The notes under the pieces: model-generated
Told to the model about the DNA's origin: nothing
What the model saw: only the letters and a program-made list of their open reading frames with translations
The model's database searches: none
In this document: positions 1 to 11,330 of the stretch, in pieces
Position numbering within the stretch: the first letter of the stretch is position 1
How the letters are laid out: each line of letters starts with the position of its first letter
DNA from: Nemertoderma westbladi
Taxonomy: Eukaryota; Animalia; Xenacoelomorpha
DNA: 44,823 nucleotides
Direction of reading: 5' to 3'
Assembly (NCBI GenBank): GCA_032718475.1
Contig: JAUCBJ010003281.1
Span: 1 to 44,823, forward strand
Program-made: the position numbers and the translations under genes

Positions 1-1452
1 CCTTAGTAGTCTTATGTAACAACCATCAATTCGTTGTTCAAGTGATTTAGTCAGTGTCCAGGTCTCACCCCCGTATAAAAATACACTTTCCACTGTGGCT
101 CGAAAGAACTTAGTCTTCAGGTGCCTGGAGAGATCTGATTTCCAGATGGTATCCATTTTTGATAGAGCTACCCAAGCCTTTGCTTTCCTAACTTCTATGT
201 CCTTTTCGCTACTCTCTATCCATGATCCAAGGTACTGAAAGTCGTCGACCTTCCTTAGTTGATTATTATCAATGGTTGTCAAGTTTCCATCAACATTAAA
301 GGTCATGAATTCGGTCTTGGTAGCATTTATATGCAATCCAACCTCCTTAGCAGCCCTCTCCACTTTATTTAGTAGAAGCTGTGCATCTGCTAGCGTATTA
401 GAGAGCAGGGCGATGTCATCCGCAAAGTCGGTGTCTGTGACTGTAGTTGCCGGATATCTACTACTTCTGCGTTCTTGAAGTGTGAATCCCAGATCTTCAC
501 CCTTTGTGGCCGTCCTCATTGCATAATCCAGCACAATTACAAATAGTAATGGTGCTAATGTGTCACCTTGCAGTACGCCAGCCAGGATTGAGAAAAACTG
601 AGTTTCACCATCTGGTGAGAGTACCTGCGCTTCTGTGTCACAATATAACAATCCAATGCCAGCAACAATTACTTCTGGTATTCCATAAGCTCTTAGGACT
701 TCAAGCATTTTACCTCTATGGATGGAGTCGAATGCCTTCTTGAAGTCCACAAAAGTCATGACTGCGGGGAGATTCTTTGACTTAATTCCTTCAATCAGTC
801 TCCGTAGTGCAAGTATCTGAGCTATTGTTGATCTACGTGGTCGAAATCCATTTTGGCTCTTACGCAGTAGTTTCTCTATGTGAGGCCTAATCCTATATAG
901 AATCATTTTATTGTATATTTTGGCAGCTACCACAAGCAGACAGATCCCACGATAGTTTGTTGGTATGCCGAGGTCTCCTTTCTTGGGGAGAGGCTTTAGT
1001 TGACCTTTAGTCTAAATTGGTGGAGGCTTTTCCCCTTTTAACATCCGGTTGCAAACATTCAATAATGGTCTGATTAGCACTCCGGTTTTCCATACCTCCG
1101 CTGGGATTTCATCTAATCCACTCGCTTTATTATTGGACATGCTTTTAATGCTTCTTTGGAGTTCGGCAGGTGTGAAGTCCCCGGTTTCTATAGGTAGTGT
1201 CTTGTCATATATTTTCCTTTTAGGGTTGACCTCGATGTTTGGTGGCTGCCCAAGCAAGTTGCTGAAGTGATTTTTCCACTTCCCAACACGTACTCCAGGA
1301 CTATCGGCTTTGAGGCGCCCCTTTGGCACAACTTTTCCGACCAGATACCTCATTTACAGTTTGCCAGGTAAGTCTTGATTGTTGCTGTATGTGAGCAGTT
1401 GTAATTGCTTCAGTTTTATCCTGTATGTACTTTTCCTGGCTGGTATCCTGGC
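1..1452 (-). mobile_element. 5'-truncated RTE-like non-LTR retrotransposon (LINE), reverse transcriptase region; runs off the left edge
   Basis: Reading ORF 1353-1012 (KASGLDEIPAEVWK) through one TAG at 1012-1014 continues in frame to base 1: LPKKGDL..NYRGICLL, QNGFRPRRST, FVDFKKAFDSI, GVLQGDTLAPLLF, DFADDIALL, FQYLGS, FLYGGETWTLT. These are LINE RT motifs of RTE type. No endonuclease domain is present. Confidence 0.9.
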
Positions 1453-2060
1453 TAATAATAAATTAATAATAATAAATTAAAATAATAAATTAATTAATAA
1501 ATGAGTTTCTCAAATTTGATAACATGAATCGAATGAATACCGGAGTAGAAAAGTTTTCCACGTCATAAAAAATATCCCTCCAAATAAAGGTGGTAGTTAA
1601 AAGAGTAAAATAGTTATTTTCTTACACAGTGGGTCTAGCAATCCGATGATACTAAAACGATGAACCATTTATAAGTTTATGGGGTGTGGGAATATTGCAG
1701 CCGAAGTCTTGAGATTCAGTTATTGTTATACTGTGAAGCATACCTGTGGGAAAACCTTATGTGTGGGCGTTGGGGATGCCAAACTGGCGGATATGAGGTA
1801 TCGGAAGAAAGCCCATAAGCAGGGCTATCTAGTAGTGGTAATCTTTTGTTCATCCGACCTAATGTTAAAAAACGGCCATTACTTAAACTTTTCTATATTT
1901 TAGAATCTTTCTCACACCACTGTGTCTGCCATAGTGGGCGATTCGAGATGATTCAACTACCATTGTGTAGCTCTACATTCAACCGATTGAATGGCGGCAA
2001 TGATAAACCCATAGGGATTCATTAAGTGGTAGTATTATAGGAATACGTAAAATATGTCTA

Positions 2061-2325
2061 AAACACTAAAAAGCGTCAGCACCAAGTGGATAGACGCTCA
2101 GGCAAACACATATTTGTGTTCTTACCAACTCGGATAACATCAATCGATTTTTTCCCACCAGTTCGCGTACATTCACATAAAACACAAATTTGTGTTTCTA
2201 CCAAGTCAGATGAGTTTACAAATTTATACCTGACCAAATGCGATACAAATTGATAAAAGACAAATTTGTGTTCCTACCAAGTCGAAACAAAAGTAAATGA
2301 AGACGCTGACCAGTTTAAGTGTTAA
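2061..2325. mobile_element. Degenerate MITE-like element, possibly piggyBac-type, with internal tandem motifs
   Basis: Left end AAACACTAAAAAGCGTCAGCAC resembles the reverse complement of the right end (TTAACACTTAAACTGGTCAGCGTC). TTAA lies at the right end. Three copies of AAACACAAATTTGTGTTYCTACCAAGTC at ~2104, 2180 and 2256. Confidence 0.4.
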
Positions 2326-2669
2326 ACAATCCCCTAATAACCATTTATTTTACTAAAAGAAAGTACCGATTGCTTCTGCAAATTCTGCGACACCTCAGCA
2401 AGCGACCGGTACCATTGCATCAAATGTAACTCGGGCCTCTCACTCTAGGCGCTATCCGTTTTAACATAAATAAATAAAGAGTTATCTATTTATCACTCAA
2501 AAGTACCCATTTTACTGATTTATTGTGTATAACTTTTTCTCATTTACAGTACAGTAGGCCCTACTCATACAGAGTGTAAATAAATTAAAAAATAAATAAA
2601 TAACCACTTCTTTTACAAAAAGAAAGTACCGTTATTTTGTCCGCCTTTTTAATCCGCATTTTCGAGAAA

Positions 2670-3890
2670 AGTACTACTAGGATCGGGATGCAGCATTGCA
2701 GCTACATTTTTAAGAATGCTGTGCCGGCTTGTCGACAAAATTGCGCCGCCACAACACCCGACCACCCATGACATTTGCTATATCATCCGCATTCTTCAAG
2801 GCCAGTGTCCTTTAAGATGAGCCTCAAGAAAGTCATGGGCTGTCCACCATGCTTATTCACTGGCTGATCCTCACGGTGAAAGCAATGTCCTGCAAAGCGG
2901 AGGCGGCTTTGTTCTAGTGTCAAGCTTGGGGGAACCAATGAGACACCTCCAAGTTATATAGTGTCTGGTTGGAGATGTGTGCATTGTACTTGAAACAGTG
3001 AACACGGCTCTAAATAATCGGACCTTAAGTTTCCGATTAATTCTCTGTGACTTCCAAATCCTGGAAAGCCTATTCATTCAAGGCTGCCCATGCATTTCCT
3101 TACGTATTCGAAGGTCCTCACCTGACTTCCGGATCCATAATCCCAGGTAACAGAAGTCGTCCACATGCTCAAGCATACCATCCTTTGAGCTTATGCTCAG
3201 CCGGTCAGAGACTTGCTGAGGACTTTCAAAGTTAACTGTCAAAATTGTGTCTTTTTGGAGTTAATAATATGACCAACACTAGAAGAAGCCTGTTCTAATG
3301 AGGTGAGGAGCCGTTGGGTCCATCTAGTGATTCTGAGAGTACTCCTAAGTCATCAGCAACGTCTAGATCAGTTAGGTACTTGGCAGGATTTCCTCGACTT
3401 CTGGAGCCAGTAGGTGGAGTTACCATCACCCCTTCACAATATACACTTTTACTTCTATAAAGTTATCAGGCAATACCCTGTCATTACTGAGGAGCTTTCC
3501 AAAGTGGGCCTTCCAACCATTGAGGCGATCGGCTGGTGTTTCTGCCTTAACCTTGGTGGTTGGTTGGCTTTTCCGCCCAGTAAGCAGAGTTGATCGATTT
3601 CCATGCCTGGGATGATTGCCTGCTGTCGTCACCATCATTGATGGCATCAACCTGTTGGTTTATTTGCTCCTGTAGATTAGCAGAGTACTGCCTGTTCAGG
3701 GACCTAGATGCAGCCTCTAACTGCATTCTTGGCCGCTGTAATGTCGTGTGTTTGAGTCGGGACTCCTTCTGCGCCTTATGAAGGTCATTTCGGCACTTCT
3801 GAATTTTTTTGTTAGTCCAGGGGGCCCTTTTCCTGTTTCGAGGGTATACAGGAACTGTTTCTGCAGCTGCTAACTTAACTGCTTCTGTGA
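2670..3890 (-). mobile_element. Heavily degraded, internally deleted RTE-like LINE including its 3' end
   Basis: Minus-strand fragments VKAETPADRLNGWKAHFGKLL (parallels GKWKNHFSNLL of the first copy), YLTDLDVADDLGVL (FADD motif) and NRLSRIWKSQRINRKLKVRLFRAV. Most of the RT core between them is missing, with many frameshifts. Confidence 0.8.
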
Positions 3891-5874
3891 AGGGAGTATA
3901 TAGAGTATTATGTATTATGAATTATGAACAGCCGAGTCAATCCCACCACCACCCCCCCCCCCCCCCCCCCCCCCACCCCCCACTTATAAATCGAAAATAA
4001 ATAAAAAAAAACAAGTAAAAATTCGAGGTATTCAATAAATTTATTAGAGACTCTGACATCAACCTATATGACAACTTGCAGCTGCAGATTACAGGTAGGG
4101 GTACCGGCCGGTATAATGTAAAACTGAAACTAATTAGAAAGCGTAATGATCCGATATATAAGATATTCTATGTAGCAAGCACGTTTGAATGCATCGAAAC
4201 CTACTATAATTATCTTTACTTTAAATATTGCATTAAATGGTACGATACAATATTCATTCAATTATAATAATAAATAAATAAAATTATAACAATGAATTAT
4301 TACAGAGAAAATAACACTACACTCTTACGTGAGGGTATAAATTAGGTGAGAGATAAGTGTCGCTCAAACTTAACAGTAGCACTTAACAAACTTAACACTC
4401 AAGTGTTGTAAGTGTGGGGCGAGCCACGAAGTCCAGGTGAGCCTTCGCGAAGGAGTATAATTAGTGGAACAATTATCATTGTCAGCCTCGTTTGAACGCT
4501 AATAAGTCTCTCTAAATCTTTGATGAAATGAAACCAAACTTGGTACAAACTTAGTCTATCAAAAGTTTAGAAATTCTACATGCAGACAGACTTCTAAAGT
4601 TCGTCTGTCGACCGGTAGGCGAAATGACTAAGTCCTCTAATTGCACTCCAGGTACGTGTTTACTCTGCACTTACATCTTATACTAGAAATATTTACGCAC
4701 GGAAACACAATATACTTCACAATAACTCGTAATGTAACACTTTATACCATTACATTAGGCCTGTGAGTTGTTAATCCAAGGCTGGCGAGTTTGTGACCTC
4801 CAATAGTAACAATGAATAATACACTAAATAAAACACTATCAGGGCAATGAAAAATAATCCACACATAAAAACTATAAGAACAAATTGTATAATTAATTGA
4901 TAACAAACATTTTAATTGCTATTTAATTATCTCAATGCTTATTAATGTAGCTAAACGTTTGAACAATATGTAATTAATAATACAACCTTTTTTCACCCAC
5001 AACCGCAGTATCTTTAATACACCTCCAACAAACTTGTGATGATTGATTACCTGAAAAGATTTTACGATAGAAATTTAAATTAATCATAAATAATTTACTT
5101 CTAACCCAATAATATCACCAATAACTATATTTACATGATAGTCTGAAAAGTGCCGATATGTACCGAGTAAGCGTAGTGAGGTAGACATAATCGAGGGATT
5201 GTAGCGCTTTTAGAATGGATCACGAAATTTTGTTACATAACGTCAACTTCTATGATATTTTTTAGTCTCTTGGGTGATTAGATAAATAATTAATACTCAA
5301 ATTAATTATTATATTAATAACAACAATTACTACTAAAGACATGTTCTAGAAGTCTGTTGTTTGGAAATTATTGAATAGTTTCAGCGTTCCAAAATCGTAA
5401 GACTATAAAGACAAAGAGGTAGCATCAGCGTTATTAGAATTTCACCAGAGCGGAAGAAGTTGACAAAATATAAGAAAATTTACAAAAAGATAAAAAAAAG
5501 ATTTTCTAAAAAGATATAATTATAATAAATCAGAAATAAAAAAACTAAACAGCATTACATAAAAACAACGTATTATTAATATTAAAAAATAATAATTAAT
5601 AATAATATTAAACTTCAATTAATAAATATTATTAATTATTACAATATTTATATTAATGTCGCGGTGTAAGAAAAGCAATAAAATATCCTTATAGCTAATA
5701 TTTAGCTTGGAGTTTAAAAATATAATTTTAACACTGTTAAATGAGAACAAATTATAATTAGATTGAATTACAAGTAATTCTAACCGATAATTTTATAAAA
5801 ATAATTAATTAAACTAAATATCAAATAACTAATTAATTGGCAATAACTAATTAACTACTTCATTTGTTTTTTAA

Positions 5875-6909
5875 TAGAGTTGGTGCGCGAAAAAATTATT
5901 GAGCTAGAAACAAATGAATAAGGGGTAACAAGGTGCCCTGAATCGAGTGGCGGCGTGTGTTTTTTGTAAAAACACGTGGAAACGGTCGATATAGGGGGTT
6001 TAAGTAAACGCGGGAAGCCAATTTTTAAAATCGGCTGTGATTGGATGCTACATATTTGACGTCATTACGCAGTGCTCTGATAATTTTTTATCTTGGTTTC
6101 TATGGGTAGAGATTTTCGATCTATTCAAATACACATTAAATCTCAATCATTTCACACGTGGCTTATATCAATTGAAAGCGGAGAGTCTTGCGCGTCTTTT
6201 AACAATACAATTAATTAAATTCATAAAGGAGTACATTGATAAAATGCTGTTTACAATTACAAACTCGGCAGATTCCCTGACCGGTATGTAAGCACTCAGC
6301 CTATTGCAGTATCTGAGTATTACAGATTTACTTCATTAAGTAGGGTTTACTGGTGACCGCGACCGGTATACATTTTTAATATTCAAGTAGCCTACTGCCA
6401 ATTATTACTTTATTACAGTACCGTCTAACCGGTATTACAAATTTAGTGTTATTTTAAATCGAATCTACCGTAATCAATACAGATTGGAAAGCAGTACCGG
6501 TATTGCAGCTGGAAAATAATACAGCTGAATACATATATTTGTCAATGTTCCTCACCATGAATTTAATTAATTGTTGTGTTAAAAGACGCGCAAGATTCCC
6601 CGCTTTCAATTGATATAAGCCACGTGTGAAATGATTGAGATTTAATGTGTATTTGAATAGATCGAAAATCTCTCTCCATAGAAACCAAGATAAAAAATCA
6701 TTAGAGCACTGCGTAATGACGTCAAATATGTAGCAGCCAATCACAGCCGATTTTCAAAATTGGCCTCCCGCGCTTACTTAAACCCGCCATTTCGACCGTT
6801 TCCTCGTGTTTTTTTTACAAAAAACACACCCCGCCACTCGATTCAGGGCACCCTCTTACGCCTAATTCGATTGTTTCTAGCCTAACAATATTTTCGCGCA
6901 CCAACCCTA
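5875..6909. mobile_element. Foldback/MITE element with ~370-bp inverted arms and hAT-like termini
   Basis: Ends are TAGAGTTGGTGCGCGAAAA and TTTTCGCGCACCAACCCTA. Arms ~5875-6245 and ~6535-6909 are inverted copies, which gives the twin ORFs 6037+ and 6744-. No clean TSD. Confidence 0.8.
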
Positions 6910-7358
6910 TTTATTTTACATTAACGAACGTAGTGAGAGAGTTATAAAAATCCGCGAGGATCAGAGAACGCAGTAAAGAACAGTTAGTAGTTTTATTACA
7001 AAATAGTTACATTACGAAACAATTCCTAATGAAATGAAACTTTAGGAAATATGTTGTTTAAAAGAATAGTAATTAAATTAAAGTGTTTTTAATATTTATG
7101 CGCTGCGCTTAATAATAACGTTATTTGGTTCTGGTAGATTAGATAGCGCTAGTGGTATGTTGTTTACAAGACTACATATTAAAAGTATTGAACATATGGC
7201 CATAGGTTTTAATTCCACTGTCAAGCCTATTTAAAAGAGTTGCCAGTTCTGGTAACAGTATTATTGAGTCGTATCAGACCTCAATACATTTTAAGCATTC
7301 TGTTATTACGTCTCCTAATAATTTAATGAACTAAATATTACTTAACCTATTTACTTAC

Positions 7359-7937
7359 ATAATTGTGTGTAAAGTAGCACTTTACAGTGTGATGATCCGA
7401 GTGGCTTTGTTACACGAACGAATGTTAGTGAGTGAGTGAAAATAAAGCCACGAGGATCAGAACACTGTAAAGTACTTTGCAACAAGTATGTATGTAGTTT
7501 TATTCCAAAATTTTAACATTACGAAATGATTGTATATATATTATAAGTGATAGAAACTGCACACAAAGTTAAATTAGTTGCTGTATAAATAAATTATATG
7601 TTATAAATAAGTTAGCTTATATTTATGGTTGCGTTTGGAGCCATGTTAATTGTTTATAGCTACTGGTAAAATAGCTACCGGTAGGTAATGCAGTAGGCCT
7701 ATCTGGCTGTCAGGCAATTAATAATAAATACCAACCACCTATTGTTTATGTGGTAACCATGACGGCGTGTTGTAATGTCCGCTAAAGGGACATTAATTAA
7801 CTGAATAACACCAACAATACTAAATGTACAGGCCAATACAATGCTGTAATGTCCTCTAAAGTTGTAAAGTGCTAAATAACAACTCGCTGTTAATACTAAC
7901 GGCGTTGAGGATTGTTACAATTTTGGAATACAATTAT
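7359..7937. mobile_element. Non-autonomous repeat with a terminal ~110-bp hairpin and subterminal inverted repeat (Crypton-like architecture, tentative)
   Basis: ACTTTACAGTGTGATGATCCGAGTGGCTTT pairs with AAAGCCACGAGGATCAGAACACTGTAAAGT. TATTCCAAAATTTTAACA (~7501) pairs with TGTTACAATTTTTGGAATA (~7913). A related partial copy lies at ~6920-7025. Confidence 0.35.
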
Positions 7938-8307
7938 TTTGTGATTACTATTATATCCTATGTAAATTACATTTGACGAAATAAATACATAAAAGTAATG
8001 ATAATAAAATAAAATAAAGAAAACATCTTAAAAATTAATATATGATTGAAAATTCTAAATAAATATGACAACAACAACAAACAAACAAACAAAAAAAACA
8101 TTGCATGAAACAAGCAATCAGCTTCCGCTATTGAAACGCAAAATATTACCTATAAATTTTAAAACTAATCCCAATTATTGCGCACACCGCAAGACAATTC
8201 ATAACGAAACTGCCTCATTCTTTATAGATGTAGGTAGTTGTTTTAGGAAAGAGGGACCTTTAAAATAACAATAGAATTAATGTATTTATTGTTGTTGGAG
8301 ATATTTA

Positions 8308-8378
8308 TGTCAGGTAGCTCAGTCGACAAACCGCCAGATGTGAAAGTGAAAGTTCTGGGTTCGATCCCAGATTACGTA
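8308..8378 (+). pseudogene. tRNA-like remnant or tRNA-derived SINE head
   Basis: A-box-like GGTAGCTCAGTCG at 8313 and B-box/T-arm CTGGGTTCGATCCCAG at 8355-8370, at tRNA-like spacing. Acceptor and anticodon stems pair poorly. Confidence 0.45.
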
Positions 8379-9131
8379 TTTTTGATGAATTACGTTTTTA
8401 AGGCAGTTTCGTTTAGATTGCCAGCTGGCTTTTCTACCATCTACAAATTTAATGTTAAATGCAAAAAAAACCAAACCGAAACATAGAAGTTATATTTTAA
8501 TAAACACGTTTAACAGAATTAGCCAATTAGGTAACTAAAATGAAATGAATTTTTCGAGGCAACCAGGGGTTGGTTGTTGGTCTGCTGGATTTCTTTAGAT
8601 TCTAAAAAGTATTTTGGTTATTAAAAATTAAATCAGTTAGTTACAATACGAAATGAATAGCCTCACTGTTTCATTATATAATAGTCCAGGTAATAATGTT
8701 CTAATGGATCGTAAATCAAATAAATTCACCATAAAATAAGAGAGAAACTTTTCTAAGACACATAAAACTGCAACGATAATATTTTAGAGGAATTTAACAA
8801 TACAAAATGTAATCTCCGTATGATTTACAAAAAAAAAACTTTTAATCATCTCTTTTAATCCCGTCCATATATATATATATTACTTTACTTCACGAGAAAA
8901 AAAAAACAAATAAAAAAACCTCAACGTGTCCTGAAACAATAAAAAGTTGAGCAAAACTGAGGTAAATTTAGCGACATTTTGAGATAAATGGTTGATAATA
9001 ATAGCAATGAAGGTGAAGCGATTAAAAATAAATTATTTAATTATGTGGCAAAATATAACGGGTAGAATTATTAATATTCAATAACGTATAATAATAATTA
9101 GGCTGATTAATTTAAATTATTTTGCACCAAA

Positions 9132-11330
9132 TTAAAGCTGAATGAATCTGGACTGACAATGGCGCGACATTAATCGCTTCTCTAACTGCAGCACAGCGCG
9201 CGCGTCTCGTGTGCGCTGCTTCAACGGGTTATTCAGCTGGAAGATATTGGCCAGTCTATTGGGGTCAGTGACGTCACGGGATCTAGTGACGTCGCCGCGT
9301 TTCCCGCGAGAATCCTCGTTGCTGTTGGGGGCGATTTTAAAGAAATTTTTAAATCGTTGGAATTCTTTGCGGGAATCGACGTTCTTAAATAAACCCGTGG
9401 AGGCGGCGCGAGTTGGTCGCGGACTAGCGCGTACTCCTGAGGAAGCCTCCTTCATTGCCGAGTCCGATATCTGACTGCACGTCGCCGACTTGGGAATCCG
9501 CGGCGGCTCCGCCTCGGGGACGACCGAGCGTAGCGAGAGAACCGACTCGTCGAGTAGACCCGAGTGGACCCCGGTGAGGCTCGCACTGCGGCCTTGGGAG
9601 TGGGCGAGAGGTGATCGGCGCGTCGCAGGTAAGGTCAACGACCTCCCGGAAGCCGCGACCATGAGGAGGCCGCACACCGGAAGCACCACGTCGTCATCGT
9701 CGTCGGGGGGGCGACGCTCGGTCTCCGTAGCGCCCCCTAGTGGCGACACGGGGCGCAGCAGGCTCGACATGCTCAACGCCTCGAAGTCCGACGTGCTGCG
9801 GCTGCAATCCAACGGGTCGTACGAAACATCGGAATCTTCGCCGCTCGAGAAATCCTCCGCGGTCGATTCCGTCTCGAATAACGACGGATAGACAACCGCG
9901 GGGGGTTTCCCATCCGACTCCTTCTTTCTCTGCATCGACGCTTTCAACCTTCCCGGGAACGACTTTAAGTAACCGCGAGAGGCTTTCAATTGTCCCGAAG
10001 ATTTAGCCGGAAAATCGTCGACGTCGAAAAATCCCCGAGGGGGTTGACCCTCCGAGGGGTTGGCGAGTCGCTCCAGTCTGGGTTCCTCCTTGAGTCTGAG
10101 ACCCAGACTGTTAGTCGCCGAGCTCATCGCGAAGGTCTCCACGATGGACTGGCACTGCTGGGCGGCGGAGGCGGGCGGCGTGGCCACAGGGGCCACCGTG
10201 TTCCAACGCAGCCCGCCCTCGTCGTCGTCCCGGTCGTGGTGGTGGTAGAGACGCAACGAGGGCGGCTCCCGACCGATCGCGATCGAATCGATGCGATCCA
10301 ACGCGACACGAGTGTACGGGACCGGCCGCTCGCGGTACGCAGCCACGTAGTACGAACCGCTGCTCAGCAACAACACGACGTCCTCGAGAGAATCAACATC
10401 GACAGCCAACCAGACGCCGTAACAAACCTCCTGATGCGAGAAAGCGATTCTCCTAAGAGGTTCAGTCACCCGACTAAAAGGCCCTTCTAACGGCTCTTCC
10501 GCTATGAGTTGCGCGTCTGGGACTTCCTCCCCTTGCAGCAGACTAATAGCAGTCTGTCGGTACAAATCGCGGAACCGATTAACGTAGAATCGATTGGCGC
10601 TGTTGACCCCGTCTCTCACGACCCCCGCGAGGTTGCGCTCCCCGGTTCTCGTGAAGTCGCCCTTCAGCGCGCCCGTCCCGGCGTACTGCTGGGACAGGGC
10701 GTCCCCGTTGTCCGCCCACATCCCGTTCCACAGCGCCCGAAGCGCGTCCGACAGCGGCGCCTCGGGGGTTAGCAGACCGAGTCGTCGCATCTGCGTCTCT
10801 AAGACGGTCTTGGCGATCTGCGATTGTACAACGTTAGTTCGGTCGAGACAGTCCACGCAGTTGACTCGGAACACGCCACGCTGTTTGCAGATAACGCCAT
10901 TACCGTCGGCCCAGCAGTAAAGATGCTCCTTAATAACATCAGCAACAGACTCAATTAATACTTCTACATTCTCGAAATGCATTCCTTTACAATATTGATG
11001 GAAATCGAAGAGAATGTAAGTTAGATTAGGTGAATCAAAGTCTAATATTCTTTCAGTAAACTCATTTACAAGAATCCTCTCTCGACCTCTGCGGTCGCAT
11101 AAGTTCGCTATGGCGACCTTCCCGTAGAGCTCGGTAAGGCCGTTCATATGGTTGGCGAAGACCTCGTTCACGGGGGGGTCGCCCCCTCGCTCTACCCGTA
11201 TGGCCGGCCGGTATTTGGTCGGCACTTGGGACCAGTAAACGGGCACCGAACCCCGTACCAACACCAGGGAGACCGTGTGACCGATCGAGCTGATAAATTG
11301 CTCGGTTTCCACAAAGTTAGCGACATTACC
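9132..11330 (-). CDS. INPP5F: SAC2 (INPP5F), coding exon 2: catalytic SAC domain, hSac2-like region and low-complexity C-terminus (732 aa)
   Basis: GNVANFVETEQ, RGSVPVYWSQ, FDFHQYCKGMHFENV, catalytic CX5RT in FRVNCVDCLDRTNVVQ, WADNGDALSQQYAGTGALKGDFTRTGER. Ends CQSRFIQL*, similar to the SAC2 C-terminus. Confidence 0.93.
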   Translation of the reverse strand, partial: GNVANFVETEQFISSIGHTVSLVLVRGSVPVYWSQVPTKYRPAIRVERGGDPPVNEVFANHMNGLTELYGKVAIANLCDRRGRERILVNEFTERILDFDSPNLTYILFDFHQYCKGMHFENVEVLIESVADVIKEHLYCWADGNGVICKQRGVFRVNCVDCLDRTNVVQSQIAKTVLETQMRRLGLLTPEAPLSDALRALWNGMWADNGDALSQQYAGTGALKGDFTRTGERNLAGVVRDGVNSANRFYVNRFRDLYRQTAISLLQGEEVPDAQLIAEEPLEGPFSRVTEPLRRIAFSHQEVCYGVWLAVDVDSLEDVVLLLSSGSYYVAAYRERPVPYTRVALDRIDSIAIGREPPSLRLYHHHDRDDDEGGLRWNTVAPVATPPASAAQQCQSIVETFAMSSATNSLGLRLKEEPRLERLANPSEGQPPRGFFDVDDFPAKSSGQLKASRGYLKSFPGRLKASMQRKKESDGKPPAVVYPSLFETESTAEDFSSGEDSDVSYDPLDCSRSTSDFEALSMSSLLRPVSPLGGATETERRPPDDDDDVVLPVCGLLMVAASGRSLTLPATRRSPLAHSQGRSASLTGVHSGLLDESVLSLRSVVPEAEPPRIPKSATCSQISDSAMKEASSGVRASPRPTRAASTGLFKNVDSRKEFQRFKNFFKIAPNSNEDSRGKRGDVTRSRDVTDPNRLANIFQLNNPLKQRTRDARAVLQLEKRLMSRHCQSRFIQL

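Noticed and set aside
2104-2286. CRISPR-like look: three ~30-bp partly palindromic repeats 76 bp apart
   Set aside because: The spacers resemble each other and the repeat, the repeats are degenerate, the context is eukaryotic and there are no cas genes. Better explained as MITE-internal tandem units.
6037-6744. Two similar convergent ORFs (MIGCYIFDV...)
   Set aside because: They are the two arms of an inverted repeat, start at GTG, and similarity stops where the arms stop.
8308-8378. Functional tRNA gene
   Set aside because: Only the T-arm pairs well; the cloverleaf cannot be completed.
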